Shown in pieces: positions 1-7,446 of a DNA stretch of 48,395 bases. Positions within the stretch are counted from its first letter, which is position 1. Each line of letters starts with the position of its first letter. The stretch comes from Patescibacteria group bacterium (GTDB lineage Bacteria > Patescibacteriota > Doudnabacteria > UBA920), in NCBI GenBank assembly GCA_038065175.1, contig JBBTRN010000022.1, positions 1-48,395 on the forward strand, given 5' to 3'. The notes below the pieces were generated by a model, which searched no databases, had not been told where the DNA came from, and saw only the letters and a program-made list of their open reading frames with translations. The position numbers were made by a program, and so were the translations under genes.

Positions 1-3000
1 CGTCGTCCCGATGCCGACGTTGCCGACCTGTGTGACCGTTAAGAGTTGCGTGCCCGTGGAAGACGCAACCACAAACGGATTAAGCCCACCGCTTCCCACC
101 ACAGCCAAAGAAGCAATGGGGGAAGTAGTGCCTATGCCGACATTAGAATTAAATATCGCGGTGTTGTGCGCCACAATGCCGCCGAAGACAACATTTTCGG
201 GGTGCACATCCAAGGAAAGCAGTTTTTTATACAACAGTTTGACTCTGTTTGACAAACCGTTTCCGAACATCATATAATTATGACGCATGAAATTAACACT
301 TAGACTATCTTCTGAAAATCGTTTATCCAGACTATCCGATATTGCCGCCGACATCGGCCAGATATTTTTCGCAACAGTATTTCTTGGTCCGTTCTTTTCC
401 GAAAAAACTAATTGGTGGACAGTATTATTCGGTCTGGTTTTCTCTGCCGCGGCCTGGTTTGCCAGCTTATTATTAACTAAAGAATAATCATGGATACTCT
501 CTCCAACAATATGATTAACGTCTACATCCTCGGTGGTATTTTGCTCATCATCATAATCCTTTTGGGCATCCTGGCCAAGCAGGATAAATAACCCATCTTG
601 ATCATTTTCAGGCCCAAGATCATTTTTTTGATGGTCTTGAGCTTTTATTTTTTCGGTGTTCAGAGCCTGAATATATTGAGCGTAAACCTCCTCTTGTTCC
701 GGAGTTAAAGCCTCGCCTTTTGCAACATCAACATAATGCCCGCCAACAAAGTTGTGGGTGTTTTCTATTTCAATATCATATGTTTGCTCCTTAATTCCTG
801 TTTTATATATGGCAGTAATTGCTTCCCAGCCATCTACTGTCGCGACTAACATCCCTTCACGCAAATATTTTGCCTCTATCCATTTAGCCATTGACATCTC
901 TCCTCTTGACAAGCTAAGAGGGCTATGATCTTGTAAATCTACAAGAGATCGTGTGGGCTGCGAATCCCCGAAAACCTTGTCCGGATGTAACAGTTCTACC
1001 GCCAGGGATTCATTGAAATCCAAGCTGGCCATGGTCTCGAGAAGAACGTCCCTCTGGGGCGTTTTTCGTTTTGTAGCCCTGTTATAGTCCTTGCCTTGAT
1101 AAATTTTATCCAATGGCGTACTATAGTAATAGGCAGGCGAAGAGGATACTCCTGCCGTAACCTGCATTTTATTTTGCTTGACAAATTCTATAATACGCTC
1201 TATACTGAACTTACTGGAATGAGGCAAGCTGGGCTTGACCTCATTCTTTTTTTGTTTCCGCTTAAGTAAAGCTAAAATTCGTCCGGCAATCGGCTTACGA
1301 ACTTCATCAATGCCATCGCGCATAATAAACACCACCGCTCCCAGCAATATATCGGCAAGCTGTAAAAAGGCGCTTCCCTGACTTTCCAAGGGTATAATAT
1401 TTTCAACCATAGGCAAGCTGGCCATTTTCTCAATAGCCTTATCCAACTTTGCCGGGGCGTGGAGGTAGTCGGCAAGCACCGAAACTTTAACTGTTGAAGC
1501 CTTAAGCATCTGCGCCAGCATATCGTGATACTGGTTCCAGAAATGCGCGCCACTCCTTTGCTGGAAAATGCAGGCAAAATCCCAAAATTCACTATAGCGT
1601 TCCAGTATGTCCAATAACTGCGTATAGAACCCGACACTTTGTTTGGTAATATAGCTGAATTTAAATTCAAATGTTTTCTCGTTTTGATTGGGCAGCCTGG
1701 AAGCCGCGTCCAGAAAAATATTTCGCAAATGGTGGTTTATCTCCGAAGCTCTGTCATGGACTACAATACCGCCCACCCCGACAGTATCTTCCCTGCCAGC
1801 CGTAAACAGAGTAATTTCGTCCACAAACATAAAGTGGGCTTTTTTATTTTGAAATTTTTCCTTTTTAGCCGGTAAAATTTCCTGCGATTTTTCCAAAGCA
1901 AAGTAAGGATGATTTCCCGTGGTGCGGATAGCTTTGCCGCTACGGGTAATTAATTTATAGGTTTCCTGCTGACCCATATCCTGAAGAGCCTTAACCCTGC
2001 TCCAGGTAAAGCCACCATCCGGTTCCATGCTCAAAATTTCATCACCCGCCTGGATTTGGTCTATGCGGACTTCTTCCCACTCTTCGATGTATTCATCCGA
2101 TCCATCCGATTTTCTGATTTTCCGGCGTTTGCGCCTGCGCAAACGCGTATCCCCCGTAACACACTGCCCCACCACATGCATAACGCCGCTTGGGGTCGTC
2201 GTCCCGATGCCGACATTGCCGGTACTTGTCAATCTAACCCATTCAGTATTATTCGTTCCAAGAACAAGCGGTTGGCCAGAAAATGTTCCTACCGTGAGAG
2301 GGACGTCAGATGAAGCCTCCATTACCAAACCTGTTTGACCGGCAGTGAAGCCAAATCGTGTGTTTCCTGAAGTACCAATATAAAGCTGTGAACTTGTGCC
2401 TCTCACCAGGCTAAATACATTTCCAGATCCATCTCCAACTTGTAGCTTCGCCCCCGGCACCGCCGTCCCAATTCCGACATTTCCGGTCGCGGTATTAACA
2501 AAAAGAGTGGGGGTTGAAGAAGTGCCGACTGTAAGGTTACCGTAAACATCCAATTTAGACGCGGGGCTGTTGGTGCCAACACCTAAACGGTTATTGCTGT
2601 CATCCCAAAAGAAGTTGGCGTTGTCTTCCAAAATGTTGGACGCGCCCTGGAAAAGTACAGAGCCTTGAGTTAAGCCCGGGTTTAAGCCGGTTACGGTTAA
2701 CCCTGCTATTGTAGTTGAGCCGCTAAAGGTGGCAGCGCCGGAAACGGTAAGTCTTGAGAGGGTAGATGTGGCGGCAGACAGAGTGCCGGCTAAAGCAGTA
2801 TTGCCGGAAACATTGACAGTCTGGGAGTTTAAGATGTTGATGGCGGAATTGTCCGAGGAAAAATAAGTAAACGAACCAATAGTGCCGTTGCCCTGTCCTC
2901 CGGGGTTGCCTAAGTTCACATAACCGATGCTCCACCCGCCTTGTAAGGTGGAGCCGGCGCCGGCCGGGCCTTGCGCGCCAATGTCGCCCTTGCCGCCTTT

Positions 3001-4080
3001 TTCCCCTTTGAATTTTCCTTCAGAGAGATATTGGTTAAGTCGGGAGTCAATAAGCTGGTTTATGTAATTAGGGTCAACTGCGGTTTCGCCGAGGACGCTG
3101 CCCCGGCTGTCATTGCGAGCCCCGGGCGAGGAATCCCTTAAATGGGATTCAAAAGATGATAAGGGATCCCTTGACTGTCTAACATCAACGGATAAGGGAT
3201 TCCTCGACTCTCCGCCCGCTGGCGGATCGCTCGGAATGACAAAAGCAAAATTATTTCCGTAATCAAACTCATTCCTCGCGTACTTGTCCAAAAGGCCGAC
3301 ATTGCCGACAAGGCCATTCCAAACATTTACAGCTAACGATTTGCCTTGATTTTTCTGTTCATTGAATGAAGAAATAATAACATTCCCTCCGGCCAGATAC
3401 GGAGCTTTTATATCAGCCCAAAAATTTATTGCCAGGTTTTCTATTTGGCTTCCTGCATGGCTGGCGAGCGAAATTACCGCGACCGCATCGTTGCTTATTT
3501 CCGCTTTAGTTTTGACGTAAGTTTTTTGAGTTTCCGATTTAAAATGGTTTGAGAAACCTTTTATTTCCCCCAGATCGCTTAAAATATCCGTGCCCAAATC
3601 CAAAATCGCCTCATTCGTTTCAGCTCGGAAATAATGAAGATAATCCCTGGCTTCGGTTAAGGCATACGAAACAGTTTTAGGCGTTTGAAAATTCGCCAAT
3701 AACAGCCTCGGCTGAAAATCCACAAACCGCGAAATGAAAAAGCCTTCGGTGGCTATCATTAACAGGCAAGTGAGGCCTAAAAGAAAGTTTAGGGAGAGGA
3801 AGCCGGCTTGAGTTTGTAAAGCCCGCAGGGGAATCCGCCTGCGGCTCTCCTCAAACTTCCGCATAAGCTTTTTATGTTTTACCTCCTGCCGCAATACATA
3901 ATCCGCCACTATATCGTTGGTGGTATGCCAGTCATTATTCTTTTTTACGCCCGTAATTCGGCCCTTTCTCACCAGAAGCCTTAAATATTCAGCCGAATAA
4001 GGCGTATTCTGCGCGGCTTCGGAAAGCGGAACGAGGTCTGCCTCGCGCTTAACTAAAAGCTCGCGCTGCTGCGCTGTCAT
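1..4080 (-). CDS. Giant surface / tail-fibre-like protein (3' end runs off the window), interrupted by an intein-like insert
   Basis: The minus-strand frame is stop-free from ATG 4080 to base 1. This explains its absence from the supplied track, which appears to list only ORFs with an in-window stop. Translation shows MTAQQRELLVKREADLVPLSEAAQNTPYSAEYLRLLVRKGRITG (HTH-like), a TM helix FLSLNFLLGLTCLLMIA, a collagen-like GEKGGKGDIGAQGPAGAG run, and repeated GNVGIGT(T/A)xP units. The same unit resumes at 1-160 in the same frame. Confidence 0.78.
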   Translation of the reverse strand, partial: MTAQQRELLVKREADLVPLSEAAQNTPYSAEYLRLLVRKGRITGVKKNNDWHTTNDIVADYVLRQEVKHKKLMRKFEESRRRIPLRALQTQAGFLSLNFLLGLTCLLMIATEGFFISRFVDFQPRLLLANFQTPKTVSYALTEARDYLHYFRAETNEAILDLGTDILSDLGEIKGFSNHFKSETQKTYVKTKAEISNDAVAVISLASHAGSQIENLAINFWADIKAPYLAGGNVIISSFNEQKNQGKSLAVNVWNGLVGNVGLLDKYARNEFDYGNNFAFVIPSDPPAGGESRNPLSVDVRQSRDPLSSFESHLRDSSPGARNDSRGSVLGETAVDPNYINQLIDSRLNQYLSEGKFKGEKGGKGDIGAQGPAGAGSTLQGGWSIGYVNLGNPGGQGNGTIGSFTYFSSDNSAINILNSQTVNVSGNTALAGTLSAATSTLSRLTVSGAATFSGSTTIAGLTVTGLNPGLTQGSVLFQGASNILEDNANFFWDDSNNRLGVGTNSPASKLDVYGNLTVGTSSTPTLFVNTATGNVGIGTAVPGAKLQVGDGSGNVFSLVRGTSSQLYIGTSGNTRFGFTAGQTGLVMEASSDVPLTVGTFSGQPLVLGTNNTEWVRLTSTGNVGIGTTTPSGVMHVVGQCVTGDTRLRRRKRRKIRKSDGSDEYIEEWEEVRIDQIQAGDEILSMEPDGGFTWSRVKALQDMGQQETYKLITRSGKAIRTTGNHPYFALEKSQEILPAKKEKFQNKKAHFMFVDEITLFTAGREDTVGVGGIVVHDRASEINHHLRNIFLDAASRLPNQNEKTFEFKFSYITKQSVGFYTQLLDILERYSEFWDFACIFQQRSGAHFWNQYHDMLAQMLKASTVKVSVLADYLHAPAKLDKAIEKMASLPMVENIIPLESQGSAFLQLADILLGAVVFIMRDGIDEVRKPIAGRILALLKRKQKKNEVKPSLPHSSKFSIERIIEFVKQNKMQVTAGVSSSPAYYYSTPLDKIYQGKDYNRATKRKTPQRDVLLETMASLDFNESLAVELLHPDKVFGDSQPTRSLVDLQDHSPLSLSRGEMSMAKWIEAKYLREGMLVATVDGWEAITAIYKTGIKEQTYDIEIENTHNFVGGHYVDVAKGEALTPEQEEVYAQYIQALNTEKIKAQDHQKNDLGPENDQDGLFILLGQDAQKDYDDEQNTTEDVDVNHIVGESIHDYSLVNNKLANQAAAEKTRPNNTVHQLVFSEKNGPRNTVAKNIWPMSAAISDSLDKRFSEDSLSVNFMRHNYMMFGNGLSNRVKLLYKKLLSLDVHPENVVFGGIVAHNTAIFNSNVGIGTTSPIASLAVVGSGGLNPFVVASSTGTQLLTVTQVGNVGIGTT
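249..278 (+). promoter_or_regulatory. Consensus sigma70-type promoter, TTGACA-18 nt-TATAAT
   Basis: TTGACA lies at 249-254 and TATAAT at 273-278. The ATG of the 287..487 ORF is 8 nt downstream, a leaderless-type geometry also seen at lexA, recJ and dnaX in this window. Confidence 0.6.
287..487 (+). CDS. Small membrane protein (66 aa, two predicted TM helices), antisense to the intein-like region
   Basis: The ORF directly follows a perfect promoter. Hydrophobic segments are IGQIFFATVFLGPFF and WWTVLFGLVFSAAAWFASLLL. Confidence 0.5.
   Translation: MKLTLRLSSENRLSRLSDIAADIGQIFFATVFLGPFFSEKTNWWTVLFGLVFSAAAWFASLLLTKE
490..591 (+). CDS. Small membrane peptide (33 aa, one TM helix)
   Basis: The ATG lies 2 nt after the stop of 287..487. 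Translation is MDTLSNNMINVYILGGILLIIIILLGILAKQDK. It is below the length cutoff of the supplied track. Confidence 0.4.
   Translation: MDTLSNNMINVYILGGILLIIIILLGILAKQDK
595..629 (+). terminator. Hairpin plus T7 run closing the + strand mini-operon
   Basis: ATCTTG (595-600) pairs with CAAGAT (615-620), followed by CATTTTTTT. Confidence 0.4.
1300..1835 (-). other. DUF3800-like domain embedded in the intein-like element
   Basis: FMFVDE (N-terminal DE motif) and SAFLQLADILLGAV (QxxD motif) match, from memory, the two signature motifs of Pfam DUF3800. The domain occupies the position where inteins normally carry a homing endonuclease. Confidence 0.5.
3109..3240. repeat. Palindromic MITE-like element (GTCATTSCGAGC ... 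GCTCGGAATGAC termini), in frame in the surface-protein gene
   Basis: The terminal inverted repeats are gtcattgcgagc / gctcggaatgac. The inner IR is cgaggaatccctta / taagggattcctcg and the central palindrome is aagggatccctt. It reads through as VIPSDPPAGGESRNPLSVDVRQSRDPLSSFESHLRDSSPGARND with no stop. Confidence 0.75.
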
Positions 4081-4284
4081 TTTTGTTTGGCTTGCCCCGT
4101 AGTAAACGCCACCGATGATGCCGTTCTACAAAGACAATGTTGTTTATTTTTGTTTCACGCCGGAAATAAAACCTTTTAGCGCGTTTTACTACCGGGGTTT
4201 CTTGATTTTACAAAACCGCTTATTTTGAGCGATTTTGAAATATCCGATTGATACCCGACAGGTATCTGATACTTTTCTACTCTT

Positions 4285-4313
4285 ATTCTAGCAAAAAAAT
4301 CTCTATCTGTCAA
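4285..4313 (-). promoter_or_regulatory. Promoter of the surface-protein gene, TTGACA-17 nt-TAGAAT
   Basis: The reverse complement of 4308-4313 is TTGACA and of 4285-4290 is TAGAAT. About 190 nt of hairpin-rich 5' leader follow before ATG 4080. Confidence 0.55.
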
Positions 4314-6214
4314 CGGCACCCATCTTCTAGGCAATCTTCTAGGCGGTAAAGGTAACCAAATTCATGCTGTTCAGGCAATTCCCCGCCAATCCCCTGCTTA
4401 AGCGGTTCATCAGACAGGACAAAAACCGGCCGGCCATGGGGCAAGGTCTTTTTTAAAACGAAAATGGGCTGGCGGTCGTAAATTTCCATTGTATCCAGGC
4501 CTGACCAATATTGGAAATACAAATGGCCTTTGGGCAAGTTTGGAAAGTTGATAAGGAAAATAGCATCTTGCGTGTATTTTTCTTTAAGCTCCAACGCCGC
4601 CCGCTTGATCTGTTCTTGATATTGGTAACCTTCTCGCGGCTTTATGTCGGAAAGCCGGTTAGCGCGCGCATATGTGCCTAAAATTAAAAATAACGATAAT
4701 ACCATGGCGATTTTTGATCCCTGACCCCGCCCTCCGACTCGCTCCGCTCGCTTTGGCAACATACTATGGAATCCTTTTTCCAATAAACGATAAACCATCC
4801 ACAATGCGGCAAAAAGTAAGGCCGCGTACAGCAAAATCTGAAAGCGCTCAAAAGCGGTATTGGTTTGAAATAAATGATATTTTACCTGCCGCACATCTAA
4901 ACGTATAATGATGTATGATAAAATTGTCGTAGCCGATAAAGCAAACATCGCGGCATAATGTTTTTGTTCCCATAACCGCTTAAACATTAACGCCGTAAGC
5001 ATTAGCATGGCAGGCAAAGCCGCAAAAATAAAATTGGAAATTTTTGTCAGGCCAAAAGACAATGGCACCAAAAACGACAAAACCCAAATAGTCAGAAAAA
5101 AAATTCGCTCTTTACTTAAATACTGTACAGTATTTAAGTTAAAGCTGGATATTGGCTTTTTAAAACCTGCCCACAAACCAAAAATTATCGCGGCTACAGC
5201 AGACACATACAAATACGGCAACAGCATTTCCCGCAAATATATAGTCAGGTAATAATCCCACGGCCTGCCCCAATATTCTAATTCTTTTAATAAGTGCAGG
5301 GTCTGGGTATTTTGCTCAAAATAATATTCAGCGGGATATAGCAAAAACAAGCCAAGCTTTTCCGGCAAGATAATTATTAACATAGTAAGCCCCGCATACA
5401 AAAAATTTAATAATCCGCGTTTCCATCCATCGGCCGTTTTTGACACCATGAACAACGCCGGGAAAAATAGCAACGCCAATCCGCCTTTGCTTAAAAAAGC
5501 CAAGCCGGCAAACACTCCGAACCATAGATAATGCTTTCTCCTTGTCATTCCGAGCGAGCCCGACGGCTTCGAGGGCGAGTCGAGGAATCCCTTATTCGAC
5601 GTATCATCGATATTTAAGGGATCCCTCCACGCCTCTTCGGATGCACTCCTCGTTGGTCGGGATGACAGTTCTGTAATTCTCAAAACCCTACCCAGCGCCA
5701 AAATTCCAAAAAAACAAAACATCAAATCGTGCAAACCCGAAAACTGCCTGCCCTTTACCAATTCAAAAACATAAGGGCTAAAGGCAAACAAGCTGGCTGA
5801 TGTAACGGCAACCGCATACCCGAAATGCCTTCGCGCAACAAAAAAAAGCGCCGTGATCGATATCAAGGCAAATATTGCCGAGGGCAGCCTGAACGCAAAT
5901 AGCGAAGGGTTGATTTTATAAAAAACCGCCTGCAAATACAAAGGCGCTAAAGGTTTATGCACCCAAATATAGTTATTCGTCCAGTCCTGGAAATCTATGC
6001 CGATATCCGTCAAATGGAGCTTTGGCGGCCAAGGATCCTGACTTAAATTTTTCACGACATTGATATGGACAGCCTCATCCCACAAAGTAATGTAATCTGT
6101 GCCTAAATTATTAAAATAAAAATACCCGGACACAGCCAAAACAACCACCAGCGGTATAAGCTGGCCTTTGGGGCTAGCTACGAAAAAAATCCAAAGCTTT
6201 TTTACAAATTCCAC
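4310..6214 (-). CDS. GT39 / ArnT-PMT-like membrane glycosyltransferase
   Basis: Polytopic membrane protein with an N-terminal motif LWDEAVHINVVKNL typical of 4-amino-4-deoxy-L-arabinose/dolichyl-phosphate-mannose-type transferases. I moved the start to GTG 6214 because residues encoded by 6230-6409 belong to a repeat element. Confidence 0.65.
   Translation of the reverse strand: MEFVKKLWIFFVASPKGQLIPLVVVLAVSGYFYFNNLGTDYITLWDEAVHINVVKNLSQDPWPPKLHLTDIGIDFQDWTNNYIWVHKPLAPLYLQAVFYKINPSLFAFRLPSAIFALISITALFFVARRHFGYAVAVTSASLFAFSPYVFELVKGRQFSGLHDLMFCFFGILALGRVLRITELSSRPTRSASEEAWRDPLNIDDTSNKGFLDSPSKPSGSLGMTRRKHYLWFGVFAGLAFLSKGGLALLFFPALFMVSKTADGWKRGLLNFLYAGLTMLIIILPEKLGLFLLYPAEYYFEQNTQTLHLLKELEYWGRPWDYYLTIYLREMLLPYLYVSAVAAIIFGLWAGFKKPISSFNLNTVQYLSKERIFFLTIWVLSFLVPLSFGLTKISNFIFAALPAMLMLTALMFKRLWEQKHYAAMFALSATTILSYIIIRLDVRQVKYHLFQTNTAFERFQILLYAALLFAALWMVYRLLEKGFHSMLPKRAERVGGRGQGSKIAMVLSLFLILGTYARANRLSDIKPREGYQYQEQIKRAALELKEKYTQDAIFLINFPNLPKGHLYFQYWSGLDTMEIYDRQPIFVLKKTLPHGRPVFVLSDEPLKQGIGGELPEQHEFGYLYRLEDCLEDGCR
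5114..5139. repeat. 26-bp perfect palindrome ACTTAAATACTGTACAGTATTTAAGT inside the GT39 CDS
   Basis: Perfect dyad symmetry, read in frame as NLNTVQYLS. Two related copies lie at 46602-46631 and 47174-47199. Confidence 0.85.
5544..5666. repeat. Second copy of the GTCATTCCGAGCG-type palindromic element, in frame in the GT39 gene
   Basis: Sequence gtcattccgagcgagcccgacg...cgaggaatccctta...taagggatccct...cgttggtcgggatgac. It encodes SSRPTRSASEEAWRDPLNIDDTSNKGFLDSPSKPSGSLGMT without a stop. Confidence 0.75.
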
Positions 6215-6229
6215 AAAATAATAATACCA

Positions 6230-6409
6230 GGACTTACGGGTTTGAGCCAAGTTCCCTGCCTGCCGGCAGGCAGGGAGGCATTTTCCGAGGATTTTGAGAG
6301 CCGTAGTCGGACTACGGAGAACAAAACCGCAGCATTTTAACGAAGAAATTGGCCAAATGCCGTCTGGGGTCGGGCTTTGCCCACCCAATGACGGCAATCC
6401 CGTAAGTCC
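6230..6409. repeat. GGACTTACG-TIR structured element, copy 1
   Basis: Perfect 11-bp terminal inverted repeats ggacttacggg / cccgtaagtcc. The conserved core aggcattttccgaggattttgagag-hairpin-gaacaaaaccgcagcattttaacgaagaaattggccaa is shared with the copies at 33671-33830 (inverted) and 42864-43033. Confidence 0.8.
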
Positions 6410-6508
6410 TGAATACCACAAAATCAAGAGCGCGGTGTGTTATGGTCCCAAACCGCGCCCAGTGATAACTTTTAATTTCCTCCTTCATTTCCTCCTTCCT
6501 AGTGATTT

Positions 6509-7336
6509 TTATTTCTTTTCACTCCCGTTTTCCAACACCTTAAGCAGCGCGTACTCGGCGCCGCGAAGAGTGCTGAACCCAAACTCCTCAAAGAGCATTT
6601 TCGCGCCGGTTATGGCCAGAAGTTCGGAAACCCCCGACTCGATTGCGCGGTTAATGCACCCCGCAATCAACCAACGCGACAGTCTTTTTCCCACAAATTC
6701 CGGATGCACAACCAAGCTTCGAATCTCAGCCAATTCTAGGCTATAGGCATCCAAGGCGCAGCAGCCAACGACATTGCCACCGACAACTGCCACCATAAAA
6801 TCCGCCGTTTTCGGCCGGAGGGTCGGATCCTGAACCAACTTTCTAGGGTACATGGCAATCAATTTGGTAATTGACTGCTCATCTCCCTCTTCTGCAGGCC
6901 TGATGATTACGCTTGGAGTCGAAACTGTTGGATAAGGCTGGACACTCGCCATGCTCTTTAACAAAGCGTACTTCTCTTCATTAAAGGTATGGTAGCCCAG
7001 TTTGCCAAAAAATTTCGCATCTCTGGCAATAATCAACAGCTGACGGATCTTTTCCCCCTGTGCTCGGCGCTCGCAGTCTTCAAGAAGCAATTTGGCTACG
7101 GCCCTACCTACCTCCCCCGGTGGATAAGCCAAACTCCAAATTTCTGCCAGTTTCCTGCCATGCGCCTTGAGGGCGCAACAGCCGAGGGTTTCGCCGTAGA
7201 GTTTAACGAGGGTATACTCGTTAAACGAGAAACGGATTCCCTGCTGAAGAGTATCCGAATGCTGCCTGATAAGATCTTCAATTACGGACCGATCCGACTC
7301 CGTCGCTCGCTTTACTAACGCTCGCTGTGCTAACAT
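6509..7336 (-). CDS. Tandem-GNAT N-acetyltransferase (possible short ArgA-like amino-acid acetyltransferase)
   Basis: Two GNAT cores are present (GCCALKAHGRKLAEIWSLAY... and VVGCCALDAYSLELAEIRSLVVHPEF...). The start is moved to Met24 because the longer ORF overlaps the argH terminator. Confidence 0.6.
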   Translation of the reverse strand: MLAQRALVKRATESDRSVIEDLIRQHSDTLQQGIRFSFNEYTLVKLYGETLGCCALKAHGRKLAEIWSLAYPPGEVGRAVAKLLLEDCERRAQGEKIRQLLIIARDAKFFGKLGYHTFNEEKYALLKSMASVQPYPTVSTPSVIIRPAEEGDEQSITKLIAMYPRKLVQDPTLRPKTADFMVAVVGGNVVGCCALDAYSLELAEIRSLVVHPEFVGKRLSRWLIAGCINRAIESGVSELLAITGAKMLFEEFGFSTLRGAEYALLKVLENGSEKK

Positions 7337-7402
7337 TTTTATTTTTGCCCTCACACCGATTGCCGCTATCGACCCGCGGCAACGGGAGCGCTTGCAAAAC
7401 AT

Positions 7403-7444
7403 CAAAAAAATGAAGCTCCTCGCAGCATAGCTACGAGGAGCTTC
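7403..7444 (-). terminator. Rho-independent terminator after argH
   Basis: Perfect 11-bp stem gaagctcctcg / cgaggagcttc (7412-7422 / 7434-7444), followed on the minus strand by T7. Confidence 0.75.
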
Positions 7445-7446
7445 TT

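Larger units (their letters stand above)
163..2163 (-). other. Intein-like / bacterial-intein-like (Hint) element, about 667 codons, in frame in the surface-protein gene
   Basis: The N-terminus reads GQ|CVTGDTRL (Cys codon 2161-2163). TTGNHPYF resembles block B. The C-terminus reads FGGIVAHN|T (Asn 163-165, Thr 160-162). Both flanks are GNVGIGTT-repeat sequence. An additional degenerate C-terminal block YDIEIENTHNFVGGHYVD lies at 727-780. Confidence 0.6.

Noticed and set aside
996-1670. Minus-strand ORFs 996..1184 and 1272..1670 from the track.
   Set aside because: They lie in a different frame from the stop-free frame, which encodes recognisable Hint and DUF3800-like motifs over the same bases.
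4081-4140. Fluoride-riboswitch-like words on the + strand (AAACGCC … GAUGAUGCC…CUAC).
   Set aside because: There is no intervening P3 hairpin or 5' pseudoknot partner, and no + strand gene downstream. The region is the 5' leader of a minus-strand gene.
6290-6345. Hammerhead-like core (UGAGAG-stem-AGAAC) in the GGACTTACG elements.
   Set aside because: It does not fit CUGANGA…GAAA: G8/A9 are in the wrong register and the GAAA box is not conserved among the three copies.
6215-6427. N-terminal 71 codons of the listed 705-aa ORF (MILWYSGLTGLPSLGGQSPTPDG…CRQAGNLAQTRKS).
   Set aside because: This sequence is the read-through of the GGACTTACG repeat element (6230-6409), whose other copies contain stops. 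A GTG at 6214 gives a sensible membrane-protein N-terminus.
6294-6746. 150-aa + strand ORF.
   Set aside because: Its first part is a translation of the repeat element (the …RRTKPQHFNEEIGQ… peptide recurs only because the DNA repeat recurs). The rest is antisense to the GNAT gene.
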